Assembly: GCA_964512315.1 (NCBI GenBank)
Contig: CAZEIK010000001.1
Span: forward strand, 20,408-84,407
Length of the DNA stretch: 64,000 nt
Reading direction: 5' to 3'
DNA from: an uncultured Candidatus Saccharibacteria bacterium
GTDB taxonomy: Bacteria > Patescibacteriota > Minisyncoccia > Phycocordibacterales > UBA5272
Part shown: piece by piece, positions 1 to 9,159 of the stretch
Numbering within the stretch: position 1 is the first letter of the stretch
Layout of the letters: every line of letters starts with the position of its first letter
Translations under genes and position numbers: made by a program
Notes under the pieces: model-generated
What the model was told of the DNA's origin: nothing
Database searches by the model: none
Seen by the model: the letters and a program-made list of their open reading frames with translations, nothing else

Positions 1-238
1 GTCAAAAGTAAAAATGGATATGAATCCAGGTAAGAAAGACAACAAAGAGTATACATATTCGTATCACAGACCACTGCAGCATTATTTCAAAGCGTTTTCT
101 AACGCTGGATTCGCCGTCACTCGCCTCGAAGAGTGGATTAGTCACAAAGAGTCAGAACAAGGTCCAAGAAAAGAAGCCGAAGACAGAGCCCGCCACGAAT
201 TCCCAATGTTTATGTGTATCGAGTTGACAAGTCTCTAG
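1..238 (+). CDS. 3' end of a gene that begins upstream of the window (C-terminal fragment, function unclear; ends ...EFPMFMCIELTSL)
   Basis: ORF runs to the window edge with no start inside a plausible gene context; stop at 238. Confidence 0.3.
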   Translation, partial: SKVKMDMNPGKKDNKEYTYSYHRPLQHYFKAFSNAGFAVTRLEEWISHKESEQGPRKEAEDRARHEFPMFMCIELTSL

Positions 239-268
239 CTTGTTGTTAGTTTTAAAACAGTAGTTTTT

Positions 269-646
269 TTGGAGAAAAAAGTGAAAGCAATTCAAGCTTT
301 CTTTGGCAAAATGGTCCATGTTACCGGCAACTTGGAAGAGGGTAATGAGCAGACGGCAAGACGCCCCGGTGGAAGAGGAAGGGTGATATCTGTGGACCAG
401 TGTCGCCTAGATTTAACTTTTTCTGTAACTGGGTTGGATGACATACAGCTCTCGGTTTGGGTCAGTAATGAGATCAAATCTAACGCTCTCGCTGCTATCA
501 ATCGTTTACCAACCAACTGGTTCCGTTTGTCTCGCATTACGAACGTTTGTGACACCTTCAGAATCTTCAAAGAAAGTCACCCTCAAGAAATGTTCAGACT
601 TTACCCAGTATTGCGTGTAGAATCAAAAATAATTATCCCAAAATGA
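269..646 (+). CDS. hypothetical protein, uncertain; locally GC-rich ORF with TTG/ATG start ambiguity
   Basis: 125 aa ORF ending directly at a strong hairpin+T-tract terminator; no recognisable motifs; composition differs from surroundings. Confidence 0.3.
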   Translation: MEKKVKAIQAFFGKMVHVTGNLEEGNEQTARRPGGRGRVISVDQCRLDLTFSVTGLDDIQLSVWVSNEIKSNALAAINRLPTNWFRLSRITNVCDTFRIFKESHPQEMFRLYPVLRVESKIIIPK

Positions 647-650
647 AAAT

Positions 651-691
651 GGGAGCGACCACTTCAGTGGTCGCTCCCATTTCTTTTTTTT
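651..691. terminator. bidirectional rho-independent terminator (GGGAGCGACC-loop-GGTCGCTCCC flanked by A-run and T-run)
   Basis: perfect 10 bp inverted repeat followed by ATTTCTTTTTTTT; sits between convergent genes. Confidence 0.7.
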
Positions 692-1253
692 ATTTAGCTT
701 TTTTATAAGCGAAGTAGGAGATAAGTAGTACTGTTAGTCCGACAATGACAGACATGAGCGGCATAGTCACAAATCCAAAACTGACAACTTTTGCAGACTC
801 ACAACTTGCAACGAGTGGGTTAGGTGAGCATGGCATTGTAAGTGCGCTTTCACCCATTACATATTTGCGAAAGTGGAATGAGTAGTGATAAGTCGCCACA
901 AGAGTGGTCAGTGCTGCGAATATACTGATGAAGTGATGTGCAGCTCTTGTCTTTTTAAAGACTTCCACAATTGCAATCAGCAACATGCCGTATATGGTCA
1001 CACGCTGATACCAGCAGAACATACAAGGCGGGTCATTGTATACATATTCATACATATTTGCACCCACAACACCGAAGGCCACAATTGCTATTATTGCAGT
1101 CATCCAAGATTGATAAGAGATTTTTGAGACTAGGTTTTTAAATTTGTTATTTGTAAAATATAAAACCAAAACAATAATGTCTAGTGCAAGCAATGCCGCA
1201 ACTCCGACTGAGTTCAGGTCCGAGAACTGTTGAAAAGAAAGTATTTGATCCAT
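690..1253 (-). CDS. DsbB/BdbC-family disulfide bond formation membrane protein (4-5 TM, CMFC and C-x9-C loop cysteine pairs)
   Basis: CxxC in first extracytoplasmic loop plus second Cys pair ~60 aa later, hydrophobic TM pattern. Confidence 0.5.
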   Translation of the reverse strand: MDQILSFQQFSDLNSVGVAALLALDIIVLVLYFTNNKFKNLVSKISYQSWMTAIIAIVAFGVVGANMYEYVYNDPPCMFCWYQRVTIYGMLLIAIVEVFKKTRAAHHFISIFAALTTLVATYHYSFHFRKYVMGESALTMPCSPNPLVASCESAKVVSFGFVTMPLMSVIVGLTVLLISYFAYKKAK

Positions 1254-1427
1254 ATTATATTATTATATCAATAAGTAAGAGTATCGCTGCGATTATGATC
1301 CCATATGTTCCAAGTGCTGCCATTGCTAGGTCCATGAAGCTGCCCGACGGGAAGGTGATAATGTGTGAGGCGACTATTGAGATTATCGATAGCGCGAATA
1401 TTATAAAAGCAACTTTCTTAAGCATAT

Positions 1428-3194
1428 TTATTTTTTATTTTTTAATTCCTCTCCTAGTCTAGTCACTAACTCATCAATAGTAATGCTGACCTTTTCGCCA
1501 CCTCTTGACTCGAGGGTTACAGTTTTACCTTCAACTTCTGCATCACCAATCACAATCCAATACGGCACCTTCATGTCTTTGGCGGCACGCACTTTTTTAC
1601 CTAGACCATTTTTATCATCGTCTAACTCTGACTGGATACCAATATTTTTAAGTTGATTGTGTACCTCTGTTGCATACGCTAAATGCTTATCATTGTTGAT
1701 AGGGATAATAGACACAGCTGTTGGTGCGAGCCAAAGAGGGAAGTCTCCAGCAGAATGCTCGAGATATACTGACATGAATCTCTCTAGTGATCCAGCGATG
1801 GCGCAGTGTATCATCACAGGCATCTCGCGCTTACCTTCTTCATTAACGTACTCGAGACCAAAGTTAGTCGGCTGAACAAAGTCCACCTGTATAGTCCCCA
1901 CCTGATGAGTGCGACCGATCGCGTCTTTGGCCATGAAGTCAACTTTAGGGCCATAGAATGCGGCCTCGCCTTCGCCATCTATCCATTTGCCAGCAGCTCT
2001 TTCGTCCAGTAATGACTTGATTGCTGACTCTGCCTTTTCCCATAACTCTGGATTACCTTTGAATTTGGGATCGTTGTCACGTCTTGAGAAACGGGGAGTG
2101 AGAGTGGTAAATCCAAAAGTCGAATAGAATCTTTCGATAAGATTCCATATATTGTTCATCTCTTCTTTTAATTGTGACTCACGGCAGAATACGTGAGCGT
2201 CATCTTGAGTGATAGACAGTACACGTGTTAGACCGTTTAGTTCACCTGATTGCTCATCGCGATACACCATAGTTGTCTCCGAGTAACGAATAGGGAGTTC
2301 TTTGTAGCTGCGCAGACTGCTGGCATATATCTGTGCATGATGAGGACAATTCATTGGCTTCATACATAATGTATGCCCATCACGAGTTTCTATTTTGAAA
2401 AGGTCCTCGGCGTATTTATCCCAGTGACCAGACTTTTTGTACAAGTCGCTTTTTGTAACGTGAGGTATTGTAACTGGCGCATAATTGTACTCGCTGCGTA
2501 GTTCTTGTACATAATTATTAACCTTGTTTCTGATGTATGTTCCGCGTGGTGTCCAAAGTGGTAGTCCTGGTCCGACCAGGTCTGAGAATATGAATAGTCC
2601 AAGCTCGCGGCCAAGTACGCGATGATCACGCTTTTTGGCTTCTTCTATTTGCTTCTCGTAATTTTCTAATTCTTCTTTTGTATCGAATGCAAGACCGTAT
2701 ACACGAGTTAGCATTTTGTTTTTCTCGTCACCTCTCCAGTACGCTCCTGCTGCATGGGTTACTCTAAAGCTTCCGATTTCGATTTGATTTATATTCTCAA
2801 TATGTCCGCCACGGCACAAGTCGGTAAATTCTGACCCGTCAGCAAAATGTATAGTGTAAAAAGTAATCTTCTCGCCACGGGCGTTGATCTCTTCTATTAG
2901 CTCTTTCTTGTATTCATTGCCATCTACAATCTTTAAAGCCTCATCTAATGTAACCTCCTTGTGTGAAAAAGTTCCTCCTTTTTTGACTTTATTTTCTACT
3001 AGCTTTGTTATCTCTTCAAAATCTCCTGGGGTGGCAGGCCTGTCTCCATTTGAGAAGTCTATGTCATAATAAAAACCATTATCTATCGCAGGACCAAGGG
3101 TTAACTTGGCTCCAGGGTACTTTTCTATTATTACACTAGCCGTTAGGTGTGCCAGTGTATGCCTTGCCGCAGCGAGATCTACTTTTTCTTGCAT
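1428..3194 (-). CDS. thrS: threonyl-tRNA synthetase; starts at the editing-domain HxxxH motif, no N-terminal TGS domain
   Basis: class II aaRS motifs, editing domain HTLAHL, anticodon-binding C-terminus; internal Met at 3194 chosen because the longer ORF would overlap htpX. Confidence 0.9.
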   Translation of the reverse strand: MQEKVDLAAARHTLAHLTASVIIEKYPGAKLTLGPAIDNGFYYDIDFSNGDRPATPGDFEEITKLVENKVKKGGTFSHKEVTLDEALKIVDGNEYKKELIEEINARGEKITFYTIHFADGSEFTDLCRGGHIENINQIEIGSFRVTHAAGAYWRGDEKNKMLTRVYGLAFDTKEELENYEKQIEEAKKRDHRVLGRELGLFIFSDLVGPGLPLWTPRGTYIRNKVNNYVQELRSEYNYAPVTIPHVTKSDLYKKSGHWDKYAEDLFKIETRDGHTLCMKPMNCPHHAQIYASSLRSYKELPIRYSETTMVYRDEQSGELNGLTRVLSITQDDAHVFCRESQLKEEMNNIWNLIERFYSTFGFTTLTPRFSRRDNDPKFKGNPELWEKAESAIKSLLDERAAGKWIDGEGEAAFYGPKVDFMAKDAIGRTHQVGTIQVDFVQPTNFGLEYVNEEGKREMPVMIHCAIAGSLERFMSVYLEHSAGDFPLWLAPTAVSIIPINNDKHLAYATEVHNQLKNIGIQSELDDDKNGLGKKVRAAKDMKVPYWIVIGDAEVEGKTVTLESRGGEKVSITIDELVTRLGEELKNKK

Positions 3195-3287
3195 GAGATA
3201 ATAATAACACAATAATCTTAGTCTGTATAAGGCTATAAATGGTTTTCTATTGACAATTTCGGTGGGTGCTCTATAGTATTTAGACAC

Positions 3288-4181
3288 ATGAATAAAAACC
3301 ATCTTTTAGAACAAAGGTCAACTAATAATATTAAGACTTTTATTTTATTAGCAGGCATAACTGGAGCGATACTAGCTCTCGGGTACCTGGTTTCTATCGC
3401 CACAGGTAATACTAATTATCTCTGGATGGCCTTTATTATTGCTTTGGTGCAGAATGTCGCTAGTTACTTTTTTTCTGATCGTATTGCTCTGTCTATGAGT
3501 GGGGCGGTGCCAGCCGACGAGCAGAAGTACGCCGACCTACATGAAATAGTCGCAACTCTTGCAAGTAAGTATGACTTACCAAAGCCATCTGTCTACGTTA
3601 TCAACGATCCAGCACCTAATGCTTTTGCTACTGGTCGTAACGCTGAGCATTCAGCGGTGGCTGCAACCACGGGCTTACTCGCTATGCTTAATCGTGGAGA
3701 GTTGGAGGGTGTTATGGCTCACGAGCTGAGCCACATTAAGAATAAAGACATATTGATAATGTCTGTAGTTGTGGTTATGGCTAGCGTCTTGTCTACTCTT
3801 GCCAACTTTGCCATGCATGCATCATTTGTTGGAGGTAAAGATAGGAACAATAACGCACTCGTTACAATTATAGGAGTGGTTGCGAGTCTAATTATCCCAA
3901 TAGCTGCAGTAATAATACAATCATCAATATCAAGGAAGCGTGAGTTCATGGCAGACGCGGGAGGAGCGTTACTTACTGGATACCCAGAGGGACTAGCGAG
4001 CGCTTTAGTAAAGATTTCTAATTTTAAGCAGCCAATGCAGAACGCTAATCCAGCAACTGCACACCTTTATATATCTTGCCCATTAGGCGGAACTGAGCAT
4101 CAGACATTTTTCCAGAAGCTGTTCATGACTCATCCTCCAGTTGCTGAGCGCGTTGCTGCTCTTCGTGGTGAGACAAATTAG
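3288..4181 (+). CDS. htpX: HtpX-like M48 membrane zinc protease
   Basis: HELSHIKNKD zinc motif (HExxH), N-terminal TM helices. Confidence 0.85.
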   Translation: MNKNHLLEQRSTNNIKTFILLAGITGAILALGYLVSIATGNTNYLWMAFIIALVQNVASYFFSDRIALSMSGAVPADEQKYADLHEIVATLASKYDLPKPSVYVINDPAPNAFATGRNAEHSAVAATTGLLAMLNRGELEGVMAHELSHIKNKDILIMSVVVVMASVLSTLANFAMHASFVGGKDRNNNALVTIIGVVASLIIPIAAVIIQSSISRKREFMADAGGALLTGYPEGLASALVKISNFKQPMQNANPATAHLYISCPLGGTEHQTFFQKLFMTHPPVAERVAALRGETN

Positions 4182-4787
4182 GTGTATACTAACAATATGA
4201 AAAATAAAGGTTTACTTATTTTAGGTGGATTGGTAGTTTTGTTATTAATACTAGGGAGCTTTAGTTATAATAATTTTGTAAAGCTTGGCGAGGATACTAA
4301 TGCTAAATGGGCGCAAGTTACTACTCAGTATCAACGTCGTTATGATCTTATTCCTAATCTTGTGGCAACTGTTCAAGGTGTTGCCAAGCAAGAGAAAGAT
4401 GTATTTGTTGGTATCGCTGAGGCTCGTGCTAAGGTTGGTCAGGTTACTCTTTCTAAGGAGGCATTGTCTGATCCGCAAGCACTTAAGAATTTTAATGATG
4501 CACAAGGCCAGCTTGGGGTTATGGTTTCTAGATTGCTTTCTGTTGCTGAGCAATACCCACAATTAAAATCTAATGAGAACTTTTCATCTCTACAAAAAGA
4601 AATAGAAGGTACAGAGAATAGAATCGCTGTGGCCAGGAAAGACTTCAACGATGTTGTTCAGACTTACAACACAAAAGTAAAAACTTTCCCAGGAGTGTTA
4701 TTCGCTAAAATATTCGGTTTCGACGTTCGCCCATATTTTGAGTTACAACAAAATGGTGCTGAAGTTGCTCCTACAGTTAAGTTCTAA
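4182..4787 (+). CDS. lemA: LemA family membrane protein
   Basis: N-terminal TM anchor, conserved LemA core, adjacent to TPM-domain gene as is typical. Confidence 0.75.
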   Translation: MYTNNMKNKGLLILGGLVVLLLILGSFSYNNFVKLGEDTNAKWAQVTTQYQRRYDLIPNLVATVQGVAKQEKDVFVGIAEARAKVGQVTLSKEALSDPQALKNFNDAQGQLGVMVSRLLSVAEQYPQLKSNENFSSLQKEIEGTENRIAVARKDFNDVVQTYNTKVKTFPGVLFAKIFGFDVRPYFELQQNGAEVAPTVKF

Positions 4788-4795
4788 TATTTAAT

Positions 4796-5689
4796 ATGAA
4801 AAAGGCACTTGTATTATCATTTTTTATAGGTGCCTTTTTCATTTCTAATGTATTCGCTTTTGATATTCCTTATAAAGCGTCTGGATTCGTTAATGACTTT
4901 GCTAATGTTTTGTCGAGTGACAAAAAAGAAGAATTAGAGCAAGAGCTGTCCAACTTTAGAGCAAGCACTACAAATGAAATAGTAGTAGTCATAATCCCAA
5001 ATATGTCGGGGAGGTATATTGAGGAGTATGCGACTCAAATGTTCCGTGAGTGGGGAGTTGGTTCAAAACAGAATAACAATGGAGTTTTACTTTTAATTTC
5101 CCTAGAAGAAAGAAAAGACAGGATAGAAGTTGGATATGGCCTCGAGGGTGCGCTCACAGACCTGCAAAGTGATCAAATTTTAAAAACAGTTAATACATAT
5201 TTGAAAGAGGGCGACTATGACTCAGCTGTTCAGGTTGGGGCAAGCAGTATAATGTCTGCCGTGCAGGGCGAGTACAAAGCTGAAGACAACTCGGCGCCCA
5301 CAGCTTTTCTTTCTAGCTTGAGTCCTGATGTATTCATGGGGGCGATATTCTTTTTCTTCTTTTTCGTTATACCTTGGACTGCTGCGATATTAGGCAGGAC
5401 TAAGAGCTGGTGGTTAGGTGGTGTTGTGGGTTTCGTTTTGGCTGCTTTGTTGTTCGTATTTCTGATCAAAACATTATTCGTGTTCCTGTTAACATTAATT
5501 GGTTTACTCTTTGACTATGTAGTTTCTAAGAATTACGGCAAAGCCAAGTCGTCAGGCTCGGATCCTTCTTGGTGGGCGGGAGGCAGGCATATGGGTGGCG
5601 GATTCGGAGGGTTCAACTCCTCATCGGGAGGCTTCGGCGGATTCGGCGGTGGGTCATCAGGCGGAGGCGGCTCAAGTAGCAGCTGGTAG
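4796..5689 (+). CDS. TPM-domain (YgcG-like) membrane protein with Gly/Ser-rich C-terminal tail
   Basis: signal peptide, TPM phosphatase-like domain, TM segments, GGFGGF low-complexity tail. Confidence 0.7.
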   Translation: MKKALVLSFFIGAFFISNVFAFDIPYKASGFVNDFANVLSSDKKEELEQELSNFRASTTNEIVVVIIPNMSGRYIEEYATQMFREWGVGSKQNNNGVLLLISLEERKDRIEVGYGLEGALTDLQSDQILKTVNTYLKEGDYDSAVQVGASSIMSAVQGEYKAEDNSAPTAFLSSLSPDVFMGAIFFFFFFVIPWTAAILGRTKSWWLGGVVGFVLAALLFVFLIKTLFVFLLTLIGLLFDYVVSKNYGKAKSSGSDPSWWAGGRHMGGGFGGFNSSSGGFGGFGGGSSGGGGSSSSW

Positions 5690-5720
5690 TTGACTTTTTA
5701 TTAGTTTGTTGTAGTATATT

Positions 5721-6179
5721 GTGCACATGAAAAGAAAGGGTTTAATATTTTTGGATGGCGCAACGCATATTTTGAATGCTTTGGTTGAGAGGGGTGAAGG
5801 GTTGAAGCTAAATACTTTTACTTTTGGATTTTCTTTTTTCTTTGGGCTACTGATCACATCTTTTGCGTTACTTTGGAGTGGGCCATTATCTTTTATAGGT
5901 ATCACAATTTTAATCCCCTTTTTAATAGTTTCTTTTACAAGTTTTTTTATAACACCAATAGTAATGTCTGGTATTGCAAACGCTTACATGCTTCAGAATA
6001 GAGTTAAGAAGATATCAGTTAAGAACTTTATTTTGGGTGTTGCATTTTGTGTTTCGTTTTGGGTTATACCATATGTAGGGCTTTGTTTGTGGTTCATTTT
6101 GTTCTTATATTGTTTCGGCGTATTGTGTGAGTATATAAGGAATGCTTACTTTTATTGGAAATATAGTGTAGCAGCTTAG
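5721..6179 (+). CDS. hypothetical polytopic membrane protein
   Basis: 4 hydrophobic helices, no recognisable motif. Confidence 0.4.
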   Translation: MHMKRKGLIFLDGATHILNALVERGEGLKLNTFTFGFSFFFGLLITSFALLWSGPLSFIGITILIPFLIVSFTSFFITPIVMSGIANAYMLQNRVKKISVKNFILGVAFCVSFWVIPYVGLCLWFILFLYCFGVLCEYIRNAYFYWKYSVAA

Positions 6180-6216
6180 TGTATCTTTAACTTTTATCTG
6201 TGCTACACTTTGATAT

Positions 6217-6756
6217 ATGACAAAGTTTGGGTATTTGGTCCTCGTGCTTATTATCTCTACTATTTCTCTGGGCGGTTATGGAGTTTATTATTTGAGTCAC
6301 AAAATTTCTAATGTTGAGCCTGTTCAGACTGCGTCAGAGGTTAGCTCTTCATCTACTGTGGAGGCAGTTGTGGCTACTACAACTGAAGTTGCAACCGGTA
6401 GTATCGTATATATTAATGAGGACTTTGGATTCAAATTAACACTGCCTAGCACGTGGGCTGGTTACAAAGTATCAACAGGAACTGTCGACAGAGGTCAGTC
6501 TGTAACAATCACACCCGCCTGGTCCACTAATGATAAAAATAGAGAATTTGTCCCGGTTCTAATATATCCAAAAGATGTGTGGGTAGCTTGGGAGAAGAAT
6601 AATTTTGAAGATTATAAGACAGCTGCACCAATTGGTCCAACTGAAAGAGGAAGAAATTCTGACTTTGTTTTTGCTACTGCCCCTAGGTATAATTTCTCAT
6701 TTGGCACAGGTACCGAGGAAGTGGAGGGCATAGTTAAAAGTATTAAGTCCTTCTAG
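6217..6756 (+). CDS. hypothetical membrane-anchored extracytoplasmic protein
   Basis: N-terminal TM anchor followed by Ser/Thr-rich linker and beta-rich domain. Confidence 0.4.
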   Translation: MTKFGYLVLVLIISTISLGGYGVYYLSHKISNVEPVQTASEVSSSSTVEAVVATTTEVATGSIVYINEDFGFKLTLPSTWAGYKVSTGTVDRGQSVTITPAWSTNDKNREFVPVLIYPKDVWVAWEKNNFEDYKTAAPIGPTERGRNSDFVFATAPRYNFSFGTGTEEVEGIVKSIKSF

Positions 6757-6795
6757 TTTACTATTGAAGGTATTCGTGATATTATAGAGGAGTAC

Positions 6796-7059
6796 ATGAA
6801 AAAGTTATTCGTAGGCGGTATACCATTTAAATATGGTGACCAAGACCTTGCAGCGTTGTTTACCCCTTTTGGGCAAGTAATATCAGCAAAGGTGATTATT
6901 GATAGAGCAATGAATCGCTCAAAAGGATTCGGTTTCGTTGAAATGAATGCAGCGGATGCCGACAAAGCGGTCGCAGCCTTAGATGGTAGCGATCTAGAGG
7001 GACGCAGTCTTGTTGTAAACGAGGCTCGCCCAATGGTTCCACGCGACAACCGCAACTAA
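6796..7059 (+). CDS. RRM-type RNA-binding protein
   Basis: RNP-2 (LFVGGIPF) and RNP-1 (KGFGFVEM) motifs. Confidence 0.8.
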   Translation: MKKLFVGGIPFKYGDQDLAALFTPFGQVISAKVIIDRAMNRSKGFGFVEMNAADADKAVAALDGSDLEGRSLVVNEARPMVPRDNRN

Positions 7060-7116
7060 ATTTATTTAGAAAATACAAAAATCCCGCTCACGCGGGATTT
7101 TTGTTATAATGCCATT

Positions 7117-9087
7117 ATGAAATACACACAATTAGACAGTAATGATTTTGCTTGGGTGAAGATGCAAGAAAAAGAAATACTCTCTTTCCCGGCTAAAGCA
7201 AATGCAAAGATAGTTAGCACATTAGCTGATATTAAAAATATTAAAAAAGAAGATAGGACATTCGCTAACACTGTGGCGGCCTATGAGAATGCCAACGACG
7301 CAGAGAGCAAAACTTTCCACCAGATTAACTTGTTAGGAATGGTCAGCGATAAAAAGAATATTCGTGAAGCGGCACGCAAGGCTGAGGTTGAGTTCTCCAA
7401 ATACGCAGTCGACATTGCTTATGACGAAGGTATATACAAAGCAGTAAAGGAATATTATTCATACAACTACAAAAAAGAAAAAAAGAACCTAGACAGTGAG
7501 GATGATAAGTTAATCAAAGACATGATGTTAGGCTTCAAGAGATTAGGGTTCGACTTGCCTAATAGTGACAGAGAGAAGCTAAAGAAAATAGACAAAAAGT
7601 GTAGCGAGCTTGCTAATGAGTATGATGCGCGTATCAATGAAAATGCTGATTATATATTATGTAGCAAGGATGAGTTAGATGGCATACCAGAACAAATTAT
7701 AAACTCTTTTGCGATGGAATCGGGTAAGTACAAGGTCACATTGCAATACCCAGAGTATGGACCATTTATGCGTTATGCTAAGAATAGAAAAAAGAGAGAG
7801 GAGTTATATAAGCTATTCAACAATGTGGGAGGACAGAGGAATGTGTCTATTTTAAAAGAGCTGGTGAAGTTGCGTGTACAGAGAGCTAAGATATTAGGAT
7901 ATGACAATCATGCTGAATTCAAGCTTGAGGTTCGTATGGCCAAAAATAGTAAGAATGTTTATAAGATGAAGTATGATCTTTTGAAAAATCTTTCCTCTCA
8001 ATTTAAAAAAGATTATGAGTTGATTAAGGGTGAAGCTAAATCTCTTGGGTACAAAGATGTGAAAACTTCCGACACAGGATTTATTATGAATGCCATAAGA
8101 CAGAGAGATTATGCATTAGATGAGCAAGAGGTTAGGCAATATTTCGAGTCGGGCAGTGTGATGGATTTTATGTTTGAATTCTTCGGTAATCTTTTTGGAT
8201 TCAAAGTCATAGAGTCTAAGATAAAAGTCTGGCACAAAGATGTGAAGCTATTCGAGATACAAGACAAAAAGTCCAAGTCGACTGTTGCCTACCTCGCTGC
8301 AGACCTCTACCCTCGAGAAGGCAAGTTCAGTCATGCGTGTATGATGCCAATGATAGAAGGGCAGAGACTAGATAAGAATTTATATCGCACACCTTTTGCT
8401 GTTCTAATTTGCAATTTTTCAAAGCCGAACAAGTCTGTGCCATCATTATTAACTACAGGTGAAGTGGAGACTCTTTTCCATGAATTCGGTCACGGTCTTC
8501 ACAGTCTTCTGACTGAGGCCAAATATGCAACACACTCTGGTACTAATGTCGTATGGGACTTCGTAGAGATGCCGAGCCAAATAATGGAGCAGTGGGTAAC
8601 CGAACCACAAATACTCAAGAGTCTAGGCAAGCATTACAAGACAGGCGCACCTATGCCAAGCGAGCTGATTAACAAAATAGTAAATGCTAACAAATTGTTC
8701 CAGTCCGTCTTCTATACTAAGCAGTCCATACAAGCGCTATTAGACCTAGACCTCTACACAGGAGTTACCACTGACCCGGTCAAACATTTTCATTCACTCA
8801 TGAGTCAGTACATGTTGCCCGAGTCCAAAGGTGTACTGTTTGCCTCTAGATTCTCACACATTGTTGGCGGCTATGACGCGGGCTACTATTCATATCTCTG
8901 GGCAGAAAGATTGGCTCATGACGCTTTTAGTATTTTTAAAGAGGGCGGGCTCAGCAACAAGACTATAGGCGCAAGATATAGAAAAGAAATACTTTCTCGT
9001 GGTGGTAGCCGTGAGGAAAAAGAAAGCATAGAAAAGTTCCTCGGCCGAAAGCCATCCAACAAGGCTTTCCTAAATAAGCTGAAGTAG
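7117..9087 (+). CDS. pepF: M3-family oligoendopeptidase F
   Basis: HEFGHGLH zinc motif, length and conserved C-terminal region typical of M3B. Confidence 0.8.
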   Translation: MKYTQLDSNDFAWVKMQEKEILSFPAKANAKIVSTLADIKNIKKEDRTFANTVAAYENANDAESKTFHQINLLGMVSDKKNIREAARKAEVEFSKYAVDIAYDEGIYKAVKEYYSYNYKKEKKNLDSEDDKLIKDMMLGFKRLGFDLPNSDREKLKKIDKKCSELANEYDARINENADYILCSKDELDGIPEQIINSFAMESGKYKVTLQYPEYGPFMRYAKNRKKREELYKLFNNVGGQRNVSILKELVKLRVQRAKILGYDNHAEFKLEVRMAKNSKNVYKMKYDLLKNLSSQFKKDYELIKGEAKSLGYKDVKTSDTGFIMNAIRQRDYALDEQEVRQYFESGSVMDFMFEFFGNLFGFKVIESKIKVWHKDVKLFEIQDKKSKSTVAYLAADLYPREGKFSHACMMPMIEGQRLDKNLYRTPFAVLICNFSKPNKSVPSLLTTGEVETLFHEFGHGLHSLLTEAKYATHSGTNVVWDFVEMPSQIMEQWVTEPQILKSLGKHYKTGAPMPSELINKIVNANKLFQSVFYTKQSIQALLDLDLYTGVTTDPVKHFHSLMSQYMLPESKGVLFASRFSHIVGGYDAGYYSYLWAERLAHDAFSIFKEGGLSNKTIGARYRKEILSRGGSREEKESIEKFLGRKPSNKAFLNKLK

Positions 9088-9159
9088 TTTTTAGTTGACA
9101 GGCTGGTAATTAATGTTGTTTTCTGATATAATTGCGGAACATTTTAGATTTTATTATAT

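Noticed and set aside
3194-3302. N-terminal 36 codons of the annotated thrS ORF
   Set aside because: They would overlap the divergent htpX start. They are rich in Tyr/Leu/Arg from AT-rich non-coding sequence, and the ThrRS domains begin at the internal Met.
5540-5689. Gly/Ser-rich repeat at the end of the TPM-domain gene (GGFGGFNSSSGGFGGFGGG...) as a possible repeat element
   Set aside because: It is an in-frame low-complexity protein tail common in TPM/YgcG-family proteins, not a DNA repeat or mobile element.
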